A stretch of DNA of 64,000 nucleotides from Patescibacteria group bacterium (GTDB lineage: Bacteria > Patescibacteriota > Minisyncoccia > Phycocordibacterales > PALSA-1337), in assembly GCA_038061795.1 (NCBI GenBank), contig JBBTYL010000003.1, positions 41-64,040 on the forward strand, written 5' to 3'. A model generated the notes under the pieces. That model was not told where the DNA came from and did no database searches. It was given only the letters and a program-made list of their open reading frames with translations. Of this stretch, positions 42,542 through 51,490 are shown one piece after another (position 1 is the stretch's first letter; every line of letters starts with the position of its first letter). The position numbers and the translations under genes are program-made.

Positions 42542-43534
42542 CTTTCGCAAGAGGACTTTTTGCACTGCTTTCTTTATATCCTTCTCGCCCATTCCATAGT
42601 GTTCAAGAAGTTCATCGGGCGTTCCTGATTGGCCAAATTTATTCTTTACGCCAATAAATTCTATCGGTACTGGAAAATGCTGTGCTAGACATTCCGCAAC
42701 AGCTGATCCCATTCCTCCAGCAATCTGATGTTCTTCGACTGTGACTATTGCTCCCGCCTCATGCGCAAGCTTCCAGACGGCGTCTTCATCGAGCGGCTTG
42801 ATCGTCGCTAAATTCAAGACCTTTACGCGCTTCCCTTCCTTTTCCAATTCTTGTGCAACTTTCAACGCTTTATAAACAAGAGCTCCTGTGGCAATAATTC
42901 CAATTTCTGCTTTGCCTGATTTAGGTTCAAACAATACTTGAGCTTTCCCAATTTCGAAAGGAGTTTCTTCGGTCGTAATGACTGGCGTTTTCTCACGCGC
43001 AAGACGTATATATGTTGGAAATTTTGTCTTGGCACAGGCGATCGTTGCTTTTTTCGCTTCTATGGAATCGCATGGCGAAATGACGACCATGTTCGGAATC
43101 ACTCTCGTTATAGCGAGATCCTCGATAGCCTGATGTGTTCCTCCATCTGGTCCTACGGAGATGCCCGCATGAGAACCAGCGATCTTTACCGGTCGATCAT
43201 TATAGCAAATCGTCGTTCGGATCTGTTCCCAATTACGTCCAGGGCTGAACATCGCATATGAAGTAATGAAAGGGATCTTGCTCATAGCTGCCATTCCCGA
43301 AGCGACACTTGCAAGATTCTGTTCTGCAACGCCCATTTCGATGAATCGCTCTGGAAATTTATTCTTAAAAAGATGCATTTGGGTAGATTCCGTAAGATCA
43401 GCACAAAGTCCGACAACGTTTTTATCTAACTCTCCCGCCTTCAAGAGGCCCTCGCCGAAACCTTTGCGGATGGGAACTTGTTCAACATCGATCTCGAGCA
43501 GCTTTGGGTTGAGTTTTTGGGAGAGGCTTATCAT
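42536..43534 (-). CDS. Transketolase, C-terminal (pyrimidine-binding plus C-terminal domain) subunit
   Basis: FIEMGVAEQNLASVASGMA..., SHAGISVGPDGGTHQAIEDLA. 332 aa, typical of split transketolases. Confidence 0.9.
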   Translation of the reverse strand: MISLSQKLNPKLLEIDVEQVPIRKGFGEGLLKAGELDKNVVGLCADLTESTQMHLFKNKFPERFIEMGVAEQNLASVASGMAAMSKIPFITSYAMFSPGRNWEQIRTTICYNDRPVKIAGSHAGISVGPDGGTHQAIEDLAITRVIPNMVVISPCDSIEAKKATIACAKTKFPTYIRLAREKTPVITTEETPFEIGKAQVLFEPKSGKAEIGIIATGALVYKALKVAQELEKEGKRVKVLNLATIKPLDEDAVWKLAHEAGAIVTVEEHQIAGGMGSAVAECLAQHFPVPIEFIGVKNKFGQSGTPDELLEHYGMGEKDIKKAVQKVLLRKK

Positions 43535-43537
43535 ATT

Positions 43538-43804
43538 TTAAAGCATAGATAGGTTCACAAACGCTATGATGATGGAAAAGGCAATCAAGGTTCCTCCCTC
43601 GATCCTCCTCATGGAATAATCTTTATTTGTCTGCTTGTAGTTGTAACTTGAATCCTTATTGAAAATGAGGACAAGACCGAGCCCTAGGCTGACAAAAAGA
43701 ATCAGATAGAACCAGAACGAGGTCACATCCTTTATTATGAAAAGATAGATTGCGTTTGCAAGAAAGCCTAATTTAAGTGCAATTTCAAAGTATTTCATAT
43801 GCAC
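43538..43804 (-). CDS. Small 3-TM membrane protein (88 aa)
   Basis: Hydrophobic ORF whose stop lies 3 nt before the start of the tkt C-terminal subunit. Confidence 0.45.
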   Translation of the reverse strand: MHMKYFEIALKLGFLANAIYLFIIKDVTSFWFYLILFVSLGLGLVLIFNKDSSYNYKQTNKDYSMRRIEGGTLIAFSIIIAFVNLSML

Positions 43805-43835
43805 TTAATTATAACCTATATTCGCACAAAACAAG

Positions 43836-44117
43836 CTATATGACGGTGAGTTTCAATCCAAGACCTGAAGTGACTTTTTGAAGAAATGACAAAGTAGGGT
43901 TCGTGCGTCCAGATTCAAAGCGCGCAAGAGCTGACTGGGCAATGCCGAGTTTTTGGGCCAATTGCCTTTGGGTAAGTTTTTTCTCAATCCGTGCCTTGAC
44001 GAGAGCATTATAAATCTTGAATTCGAGCTCTAGGCTATCATAAGTTTTCTTATTCTCCGGGTCCTTAAGAAATTCTTCCATGAATTCTTTATGCGTTGTC
44101 ATTTTATTTGTTTTCAT
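43836..44117 (-). CDS. XRE-family HTH antitoxin (HigA-like)
   Basis: KKLTQRQLAQKLGIAQSALARFESGRTNPTLSFLQKV is a Cro/C1 HTH. Immediately downstream of the Gp49-like toxin gene. Confidence 0.8.
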   Translation of the reverse strand: MKTNKMTTHKEFMEEFLKDPENKKTYDSLELEFKIYNALVKARIEKKLTQRQLAQKLGIAQSALARFESGRTNPTLSFLQKVTSGLGLKLTVI

Positions 44118-44143
44118 GTTGGTATGATAACATATATGTTATA

Positions 44144-44464
44144 TTAAGCAAGCTTATTAATTTCTTTTTGAACTCTTCTGGCATACTTGATATCCTTCAC
44201 ATCTATCTTCCAAGCTTTTTTGATAAAGCCATGAATAATGCACACTTTGCCGTTATGAAAAATATACAGTATCCTAACTTTTTTCTTTCCGAGTGTCCTT
44301 AATTCAAATAATCCTCCGCCTAGGCTTTTAGAATCAGGCATACCAATCAAATTTCCATATTCTTCAAGCAAACCTATTGTCTTTCTTGTTCGAGATGCTG
44401 AAATAGCATCAAGACTTCTTATAAATCCTTTTACTTTTTCATTATAGTAAATAACTTCCATCAC
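44144..44464 (-). CDS. Type II toxin, phage Gp49-like / HigB-RelE superfamily
   Basis: GGGLFELRTLGKKKVRILYIFHNGKVCIIHGFIKKAWKI pattern typical of Gp49/DUF891 toxins. Toxin-first order as in higBA. Confidence 0.72.
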   Translation of the reverse strand: MMEVIYYNEKVKGFIRSLDAISASRTRKTIGLLEEYGNLIGMPDSKSLGGGLFELRTLGKKKVRILYIFHNGKVCIIHGFIKKAWKIDVKDIKYARRVQKEINKLA

Positions 44465-44567
44465 CCAACTCTAGCAGAGCCAGATGAAGAAAAACCTAAG
44501 AAGTTCTAAAATCCTGATAAATTTTTGATTGAGCGATAAGAACTAGTAAGCGTCTAGATACCCTATT

Positions 44568-44870
44568 CTATAAGCTTCTATTCCTATTCTTAATTTTTCC
44601 GTAGAAATAACCTACAAGCACGCCTATACCAATGTAAACTAGTAAAATAATTACAAAGGCAATAATAAGTCCTAGAAAACCTGCTGCAGAATGGCCGAGC
44701 AAACTTAAATGAAATCCGGAGTATTTTCCAAGAAGATTAAGTGCATCAAGCGGGAAAATTGTAAGATCGTATCTTATGACGAAAGGGGGGATATACAATA
44801 CTGCAATAATTAAATATATTATTGTAAATACAATTCCTCCCTTCAACCAATATCTTTTTGTGTTTTGCAT
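44568..44870 (-). CDS. Small 3-TM membrane protein (100 aa)
   Basis: Hydrophobic ORF starting 9 nt after the stop of the tkt N-terminal subunit. Confidence 0.45.
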   Translation of the reverse strand: MQNTKRYWLKGGIVFTIIYLIIAVLYIPPFVIRYDLTIFPLDALNLLGKYSGFHLSLLGHSAAGFLGLIIAFVIILLVYIGIGVLVGYFYGKIKNRNRSL

Positions 44871-44879
44871 ATAATTTAA

Positions 44880-45734
44880 TTATACTTTAATTCCTAACGC
44901 CTTCCTCGCAATACTTATCTCTTCCGGCGTCCCTGGCGGCTTGCCGTGCCATTCGAACATGCGCTCGAAAGCTGGAATTCCTTTCGAAGAAATCGTATTC
45001 GCGATAATGACTGACGGCTTGTCGAAAACTGCAAGCGCCTGGGTATACGCTTGATCAATTGCCCTAAAACTATGCCCGTCTATCTCCTGCACATGCCAGT
45101 TGAAAGCGGCCCACTTCGCTCCAAGCGGGTCCAAAGGCATGATGTCTTCGGTAAATCCATCGATCTGGATGTTATTCCTATCAACAAAAACCGCCACATT
45201 CTGTAATTTTTCCTTTCCTGCAAGCATGATTGCCTCCCAATTCTGCCCTTCATCAAGCTCTCCGTCTCCGACAAGACAAATGAACTGCTTTCCTGAAGTT
45301 TTTTCAAAATCAATGCGTTCTGCGAGCGCCATTCCGACGAGTTGCGACAAACCAGAGCCAAGGGGACCTGAAGAATTCTCCAGCGCAGGCAAATATTCCC
45401 GGTGAGGATGTCCCTGAAGCTTGCTGCCGAATTTTCGTAGAGTTTTCAGCTCTGAAAGAGGAAAATATCCCGCATGCGCCATAGTCGCGTAAAGGACTGG
45501 GCAAATATGTCCATTGGAAAGAACGAGGCGGTCCCGGTATTCCCAGTCGGGCTTCTTCGGATCATGTTTGAGCGCATGGAAATACAGATATGTGAAAATA
45601 TCAGCCATATCAAGTGGTCCGGCAGTATGGCCGGACTTGGCTTCTATGAGCATCTCGATAATCGACTGCCTTATAGCATGCGCTTTTTCAAAAAGGAATT
45701 GGGCTTTTTCGTCTGTGAGAGGTTGAAGGGCCAT
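44880..45734 (-). CDS. Transketolase, N-terminal (thiamine-diphosphate-binding) subunit
   Basis: SGHTAGPLDMADIFTYLYF, RDRLVLSNGHICPVLYA, GDGELDEGQNWEA. Start set at MALQPL. Confidence 0.9.
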   Translation of the reverse strand: MALQPLTDEKAQFLFEKAHAIRQSIIEMLIEAKSGHTAGPLDMADIFTYLYFHALKHDPKKPDWEYRDRLVLSNGHICPVLYATMAHAGYFPLSELKTLRKFGSKLQGHPHREYLPALENSSGPLGSGLSQLVGMALAERIDFEKTSGKQFICLVGDGELDEGQNWEAIMLAGKEKLQNVAVFVDRNNIQIDGFTEDIMPLDPLGAKWAAFNWHVQEIDGHSFRAIDQAYTQALAVFDKPSVIIANTISSKGIPAFERMFEWHGKPPGTPEEISIARKALGIKV

Positions 45735-45755
45735 GATTACCCTTAAGTATATCAC

Positions 45756-46421
45756 CTATATCGCCTGAAAATCAGCGTAAGTATCCACAATGTTCTCTGA
45801 ATTGAAGATCGCTGACCCGACAACCAACCTATCGGCGCCTGCATGCTTCAGGAGAGGAGCTGTTTCAAGAGAAACTCCCCCATCAATCTGGACCTTAAGC
45901 TCTGGAAACATCGCTTTGACTTCTTTTACCTTATCAATAGTTCCTGGTTCGAATTTCTGTCCTTGAAAACCTGCTTTTCGAATTCCCATTACCTGTACAA
46001 ACTGAATTTTATCCACATATTTATTTAAATCTTCTACGTTTGCCGCCTGACCAATAGCAACTCCAATTTCCACGAGACCTTTAAGGACGTCTAGAACCGG
46101 TGTGAGGTCCTTTGAACTCTCGAGATGTAGAACTACTCTTTCAGCACCAGCTGAAAGCCACTTGCGAGCATCGTCGACGGTAGGATTATCGATCATGAGA
46201 TCAAATTCATAGTTTATCTGCTCCCATTCTGGCATTCCTCGTTCTTCGCGAAGAATCGACTCGAAATTCTCATCCTGCTTCCAATAAGGCCAGGTAATGC
46301 TCGGCACGAACTTGCCATCGCAAATATCTATTTGAACGAGCGGGGAAAGGCCTGTGATCAATTCAATATTTTCTTCAATTTCTCTGAAATTCTTCGGCAG
46401 TATTGCAGGTATGATCTCCAT
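45756..46421 (-). CDS. Ribulose-phosphate 3-epimerase-like TIM-barrel protein
   Basis: IIPAILPKNF...VQIDICDGKFVPSITWP parallels the Rpe motif PSILsaDf...hvDvMDGhFVPN. Sits between rpiB and tkt. Start set at MEIIPAIL (alternative 46454). Confidence 0.62.
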   Translation of the reverse strand: MEIIPAILPKNFREIEENIELITGLSPLVQIDICDGKFVPSITWPYWKQDENFESILREERGMPEWEQINYEFDLMIDNPTVDDARKWLSAGAERVVLHLESSKDLTPVLDVLKGLVEIGVAIGQAANVEDLNKYVDKIQFVQVMGIRKAGFQGQKFEPGTIDKVKEVKAMFPELKVQIDGGVSLETAPLLKHAGADRLVVGSAIFNSENIVDTYADFQAI

Positions 46422-46437
46422 ATGTTTGTTTGATTGG

Positions 46438-46887
46438 CTATTGGATATTATCAAGCATTTCTATCCTTTTTACATGACGCTCCTCGTGGGTGAAGGGCGT
46501 GGCTATCCAAAGACGAACAGCTTCCTGAGCTTCCTTCTCTTTTACAAAATCAGCGCCAATAGAAAGAACATTCGCATCATTGTGCTCACGAGAAAGCCTT
46601 ACGATTTCCATGCTTCCACCATAGTAAACATCAGCCCGCACACCTGGAAAACGATTGCAAATAATCGCTTCTCCCTGACCTGATCTCCCAAAAACGATTG
46701 CTTTCGTGTTTTCTGGATCATCTACGATCTTCATAGCGACTGGCAGCATGATTTCTGGGTAATTATCAGCGGGGTCGAAAGCGCGAGCTCCCATGTCTTC
46801 TATTTGAAACCCTTCAGCGATAAGAAAGTCCTTTATGTTGTTCTTGAGTCCGAATCCGGCATGGTCTGCGGCAAGTAATATCTTCAT
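46438..46887 (-). CDS. rpiB: Ribose-5-phosphate isomerase B
   Basis: MKILLAADHAGFGLKNNIKDFL start and the size (149 aa) are typical of RpiB/LacAB. Confidence 0.9.
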   Translation of the reverse strand: MKILLAADHAGFGLKNNIKDFLIAEGFQIEDMGARAFDPADNYPEIMLPVAMKIVDDPENTKAIVFGRSGQGEAIICNRFPGVRADVYYGGSMEIVRLSREHNDANVLSIGADFVKEKEAQEAVRLWIATPFTHEERHVKRIEMLDNIQ

Positions 46888-46891
46888 AAGT

Positions 46892-47203
46892 TTATGCGCT
46901 TATTGTAGCATCTTTTATTCCCAAATGTCTCTTTATGAGATCGAGGTCACTTTTTACCCCGCCAAATTCAGCATCAATCTTATCGAATCTGTCATCGATT
47001 TTATCGAATCTTTCATACACACGATCAAAATTACCCATCATAGCTTCGGTCATGTAATCAAACTTCTTATCAACTTCATTGAATCTTCGATCGATTTTTG
47101 AAAAGTTTTCATCAGTAATAATAAAACCGTTCTCTGAAGTTTTCCTCAGGGAATCAAAATCAGCTTTGGTAACAAATGGAGAATTGTAGGATTCTTGCAT
47201 CAT
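46892..47203 (-). CDS. Hypothetical coiled-coil protein with internal (R/K)FDKID-type repeats
   Basis: FSKIDRRFNEVDKKFDYM / FDRVYERFDKIDDRFDKIDAEF repeats seen in translation. Confidence 0.45.
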   Translation of the reverse strand: MMQESYNSPFVTKADFDSLRKTSENGFIITDENFSKIDRRFNEVDKKFDYMTEAMMGNFDRVYERFDKIDDRFDKIDAEFGGVKSDLDLIKRHLGIKDATISA

Positions 47204-47325
47204 AGATTAATTATTAAGTAATAATATCACATGATACAGAAGCGAAATGAAGAATTAATGAAGATTTAGGTTTTTCGACAGTTCAACAATAAATCTTGAC
47301 AAAATGTCCAGCGGGAAGAGTGTAA

Positions 47326-47877
47326 TTATGCTTTATAAAAATCTACTTCCTCATAATAATATGACTGTTCAATACCCTTCATAAAAACATCGCGATCATC
47401 GATTTTATCAGTTAGAGCTGCATGTAAAAGCTCGCGAATTTCGAGGTCGTTCACTGGGCTTCGCTGCATAGCATTCAAATAATCCGCTTTATCAATCTTC
47501 GCCCAATCAATGCATCGCTTGAGGTTTTTTTTAAAAATCAAATCCAACCAGATTCTCATACTACGTCCATTGCCTTCCATAAACGGATGAGCTATATTCA
47601 TTTCCACATATTTCGCTATAATTTCCTCAAAAGTGCTTTCTGGCATAATGCTGATGCTTTTGAGACTTTCACTCAAATATAAACAAGAGGCGAATCTAAA
47701 TCCCCCCTTGCTCATGTCTTTCGTGCGGATCTGACCGGCAAAATCATAAAGTCCTTTGAACAGATATTCATGAACCTGTTGCAGGCCTTTGACCGTGCCC
47801 ACCTCGAAACTTTCAATTTCTTGGCTGCCAAACAGTTTTTTTGCGCGTTCCTTGCTGATTGCATCGACGTTTTGCAT
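47326..47877 (-). CDS. Fic-domain protein (putative AMPylase)
   Basis: Canonical Fic motif [12 protein letters not shown]. 183 aa. The C-terminal SYYYEE resembles, imperfectly, the class III inhibitory motif (S/T)xxxE(G/N). Confidence 0.88.
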   Translation of the reverse strand: MQNVDAISKERAKKLFGSQEIESFEVGTVKGLQQVHEYLFKGLYDFAGQIRTKDMSKGGFRFASCLYLSESLKSISIMPESTFEEIIAKYVEMNIAHPFMEGNGRSMRIWLDLIFKKNLKRCIDWAKIDKADYLNAMQRSPVNDLEIRELLHAALTDKIDDRDVFMKGIEQSYYYEEVDFYKA

Positions 47878-47947
47878 GTACCTATTATACCATAACTTTT
47901 GGCTAATTCCAAAAAAGTTTTAGCGATAGAAACCCAAAAAATTTAAA

Positions 47948-48946
47948 TTATCGAGTAAGCTTCCCCGCCTCAATCACATGCCTCACCAGCGTATGCGTAT
48001 ACCCCATCTCATTGTCATACCACGCCAAAACCTTCACGAGATTTCCTCCAACCACCTTCGTAAACGCAAGATCCGCAATAGACGCATGCGGATTTCCCTT
48101 TATGTCTGAAGACACGAGGTTTTCTTCTGTAACCGTAAATATTCCCTTCCAGCGTGCATCCTCTGCTGCTGCCTTTTTCAAAATTGAATTCACTTCTTCA
48201 ACTGAAGTATTCTTCTTCGCAATGAACGTAACATCGACTATAGAGCCTGCCACGACTGGAACTCGGATCGAAATGCCATCAAAAAGCCCTTCAAACTGCG
48301 TCATGACCTTCGCAACGGCGATTGCAGCACCTGTCGTAGAAGGGACAATATTTTGCGCCGCTGCTCGGCCTTCTCGCATATCCTTCTTCGCTGGACCATC
48401 AACAATAGACTGGCTGGCTGTATAAGCATGAACGGTATTGAGAACTGCTTTCTCAATGCCGATAGCATCGTCGAGAATTGCAAGCAACGGGCTTCCGGCA
48501 TTCGTCGTGCAAGAAGCATTTGAAGAAATTTCGCAAGTAGAAAGCTTGTCTTCATTAATTCCCATAAGGACAGTCGCACCGCGAATGACTGACATCGAGT
48601 CATCCTTGATTGGGGCAGAAACAACCACCCTCTTTGCACCTGCAACAATATGAGCCTGCGCTTTGTCGCTTGAGGTGAAAAGACCTGTTGATTCAACAAC
48701 GATATCAATCTCGAGCTTCGCCCAAGGCAGCTTTGTCGGGTCCTTCTCGCTCAAGTACTCTACGCCATCAAGCGTAAGGTCACTCATTCCATAGACAGAG
48801 TCATATTTTAAAAGATATTTGATGTTATCGACGGAAGCAAGGTCGTTTACGGCTACGATTTCGATTTCTGGATTCTTTTTTGCTACTTTATAAAATGCAC
48901 GTCCGATGCGGCCGAAACCGTTGATGGCGACTCGTATTTTTTTCAT
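47948..48946 (-). CDS. gap: Glyceraldehyde-3-phosphate dehydrogenase (type I)
   Basis: KIRVAINGFGRIGR and the SNASCTTN catalytic cysteine motif. Confidence 0.95.
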   Translation of the reverse strand: MKKIRVAINGFGRIGRAFYKVAKKNPEIEIVAVNDLASVDNIKYLLKYDSVYGMSDLTLDGVEYLSEKDPTKLPWAKLEIDIVVESTGLFTSSDKAQAHIVAGAKRVVVSAPIKDDSMSVIRGATVLMGINEDKLSTCEISSNASCTTNAGSPLLAILDDAIGIEKAVLNTVHAYTASQSIVDGPAKKDMREGRAAAQNIVPSTTGAAIAVAKVMTQFEGLFDGISIRVPVVAGSIVDVTFIAKKNTSVEEVNSILKKAAAEDARWKGIFTVTEENLVSSDIKGNPHASIADLAFTKVVGGNLVKVLAWYDNEMGYTHTLVRHVIEAGKLTR

Positions 48947-48964
48947 ATCATTATTATATCATGA

Positions 48965-50002
48965 CTAATTTGCTTGAACATTTTTACATAATTTCTTCAC
49001 AAGCCCTGGTCCGACATATATGAGGCTCGTGATAAGCTGAACCAAATCCGCTCCGGCAGTGAATTTCTCCTGCGCAGTCTCAATGCTCGACACCCCGCCC
49101 ACGCCGATTATGGTGAATCTGTTGCCGTAAAGCTCTTTAGTCTTATAGATGAGCTCTGTTGAAAGGTGTGTGCAGGGTTTCCCGCTTGTTCCACCGCTAT
49201 ATTCTCTTGGCGCCTCGCCCCTCACATCAAGCTTGCTGTAATCTTTATTTAAATTCCCAATCACAATGCCATGAAAGCCACTCCTGTCTATTATCTGAAG
49301 CAATGAATCAAAATGATCCCATGGGATATTAATCGGCATCTTGACATATACAGGCTTAACGCATGGGATTTTCTTAAGCGCATCTAGAAGCTTAGGCAGA
49401 AGCTCAGGATTTATAAAAGACTCGCCTCCAAAGGAGTTCGGGCAGGAAATGTTGATCGTATAGTAGTCTCCGACATTCTCTTCATTAAGCCGTCTGAAGG
49501 AATAGCAGTAGTCTTCAATGCCTGCTTCGATGGAAGCCGATTTATCATCATTGGTCCGAGCAATGCTGACGCCCACCACAAAACCGTTCACTTTCCTATT
49601 CTTTTTAATTCTCTCGATAATTGCATCGACTCCGTCGTTCATCAGCCCTTTATTTACAAGGATGCTTTTTGACTTGGGCAAACGAGTGAGGTGCGGTTTG
49701 GGATTTCCAACACAAGGCCGTGCCGTAACAGATCCGACCTCTTCGCCGGCAAGTCCAATCGAATTCAGGATATTCGTAAGGCGTGCGTTATAGTCGAATC
49801 CTGCAGATAAAAGAAAAGGCGTTCTGTATGTAATTCCATCTACCGTTTTTGATATATCTTTCCCTCGATATCCGTAAGGCAGACTCACAATCCATCTTCC
49901 AAGCCAGGACTTTCCCATGAATTCACCGAACCAAACCATAAAATCGTGTACGGATTCCGGATTGAACTTGAAAAAAATAGGTTTTAGTATGTATTTATAC
50001 AC
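48965..50002 (-). CDS. pyrD: Dihydroorotate dehydrogenase, class 2-like
   Basis: N-terminal extension MYKYILKPIFFKFNPESVHDF parallels E. coli PyrD. GFDYNA, NISCPN and GGVSS motifs. Confidence 0.82.
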   Translation of the reverse strand: MYKYILKPIFFKFNPESVHDFMVWFGEFMGKSWLGRWIVSLPYGYRGKDISKTVDGITYRTPFLLSAGFDYNARLTNILNSIGLAGEEVGSVTARPCVGNPKPHLTRLPKSKSILVNKGLMNDGVDAIIERIKKNRKVNGFVVGVSIARTNDDKSASIEAGIEDYCYSFRRLNEENVGDYYTINISCPNSFGGESFINPELLPKLLDALKKIPCVKPVYVKMPINIPWDHFDSLLQIIDRSGFHGIVIGNLNKDYSKLDVRGEAPREYSGGTSGKPCTHLSTELIYKTKELYGNRFTIIGVGGVSSIETAQEKFTAGADLVQLITSLIYVGPGLVKKLCKNVQAN

Positions 50003-50032
50003 TGTGGTGTTTTGTATTATAATACGTATAGC

Positions 50033-50605
50033 ATGGAAAATCTAACTGATGCCCAGCTTATTGCCCTTTATGCGGAAGGCAACCACAAGGCCTTTGATGG
50101 CCTTATCAATCGCCATAGCCAGGCGATTTATCGTTTCACGCTCAAGTTGCTTGGCAATTCTGATGAAGCACGTGATGCGACACAGGAGGCATTCATTAAG
50201 GCCTGGAAGCATATTGATAGATTCGACACTAGCAAGAACTTCAAAACCTGGATTTTTTCAATAGCGAAAAATGGCGCGATTGACAAGTTAAGAAAAAATA
50301 AATCAGTGAATTTTTCTTCGCTTGATGATGAAAAGAACATCTTTGACGCGAATATCCCTGATGATCAGCTTCTCCCAAATGAGATATTCGAGCGAAATGA
50401 GAATATCGAAATAATCAAAAATGCGCTTGGATCAATTCCCTTCGACCAGAAAACTGTGATCCTGCTCCATAACGGCGAAGAAATGACTTTCGAAGAAATT
50501 TCCGAGGTCCTGAGCAAGCCCATGAATACCGTTAAAAGCCAGTATCGCCGCGCTCTCATTTCTCTTAGGAAATATATCGAAAGCCAGAATGCACCAAAAC
50601 CATAA
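50033..50605 (+). CDS. ECF-type RNA polymerase sigma factor
   Basis: Region 2 (HSQAIYRFTLKLLGNSDEARDATQEAFIKAWKHIDRFD) and region 4 (MTFEEISEVLSKPMNTVKSQYRRAL). TATAAT at 50018..50023. Confidence 0.88.
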   Translation: MENLTDAQLIALYAEGNHKAFDGLINRHSQAIYRFTLKLLGNSDEARDATQEAFIKAWKHIDRFDTSKNFKTWIFSIAKNGAIDKLRKNKSVNFSSLDDEKNIFDANIPDDQLLPNEIFERNENIEIIKNALGSIPFDQKTVILLHNGEEMTFEEISEVLSKPMNTVKSQYRRALISLRKYIESQNAPKP

Positions 50606-50624
50606 CTTCAAACGTACTACCTGT

Positions 50625-50996
50625 ATGATCAAAGATTATAACCAAACATTGCCTGGGCTCGAACAGGACACCATAAGCAAGATCCAAAGTATTCGGAAGC
50701 ACAGGATATTCATGCGCCAAACCGGCTACGGACTTCTTTCATTGGGATCATTTGCTGGAATCATAGCTTCAGGAATATATGTAAAGGATATTCTTCTGAC
50801 TTCTGGCTCTTTTGAATATTTCTCACTGTTGTTTTCTGATGTGAAAACCCTTGCGTATTGGAAGGAGTTGTCGCTTTCAATGGCTGAATCATTGCCATTT
50901 CTTGGATTGGCGATGCTTTGTGGCATAGGAGCGCTTTTCCTTTGGTCTGCAATGAGAACTACGCAGCTTCAATTATTCAAAAAAGCATTAATTTAA
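50625..50996 (+). CDS. Putative anti-sigma factor-like membrane protein
   Basis: Position directly after the ECF sigma gene. Two TM helices. No sequence motif recognised. Confidence 0.4.
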   Translation: MIKDYNQTLPGLEQDTISKIQSIRKHRIFMRQTGYGLLSLGSFAGIIASGIYVKDILLTSGSFEYFSLLFSDVKTLAYWKELSLSMAESLPFLGLAMLCGIGALFLWSAMRTTQLQLFKKALI

Positions 50997-51005
50997 AAAA
51001 ATAAC

Positions 51006-51488
51006 ATGGAAACAAAACCGGGGCGACTAGGAAAAATGAATGCGGCCATCATCGGAATCATAGGACTAGCAGTCGTATTTGCAATCTTTCAGGCGGGCGT
51101 CTTCGTGGGATTCAGTAAGGCATCTTTCCTCTTCAGAGGAGGAGATAATTTTTACCGAGCATTTGAGGATGGCCCAGGGCGAATGGGCGGAAAGATGATG
51201 TTTCGTGATGAATTTTCTGGCGGTCACGGTGCCATTGGTAAAATCATAAAGATAAATCTCCCGACACTTGTGGTTCTTGGACCGGATAACATTGAAAAAA
51301 TCATCCTGACAAACGACAGTACAGAGGTGCGACAATTTCGAGATGCATCTTCTCTCGATAAGCTTTCAATAGATCAGCACATCGCTGTTCTTGGCGCGCC
51401 AAACGATGATGGTCAGGTAGTAGCGAAATTCATCAGGATAATCCCCGCGCCGCCAGCTGCCGGCTCAATCTCGACTAATCCTCAATAA
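51006..51488 (+). CDS. Membrane-anchored hypothetical protein (160 aa)
   Basis: N-terminal TM AAIIGIIGLAVVFAIFQAGVFVGF. Within the sigma/efflux operon. Confidence 0.5.
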   Translation: METKPGRLGKMNAAIIGIIGLAVVFAIFQAGVFVGFSKASFLFRGGDNFYRAFEDGPGRMGGKMMFRDEFSGGHGAIGKIIKINLPTLVVLGPDNIEKIILTNDSTEVRQFRDASSLDKLSIDQHIAVLGAPNDDGQVVAKFIRIIPAPPAAGSISTNPQ

Positions 51489-51490
51489 TC

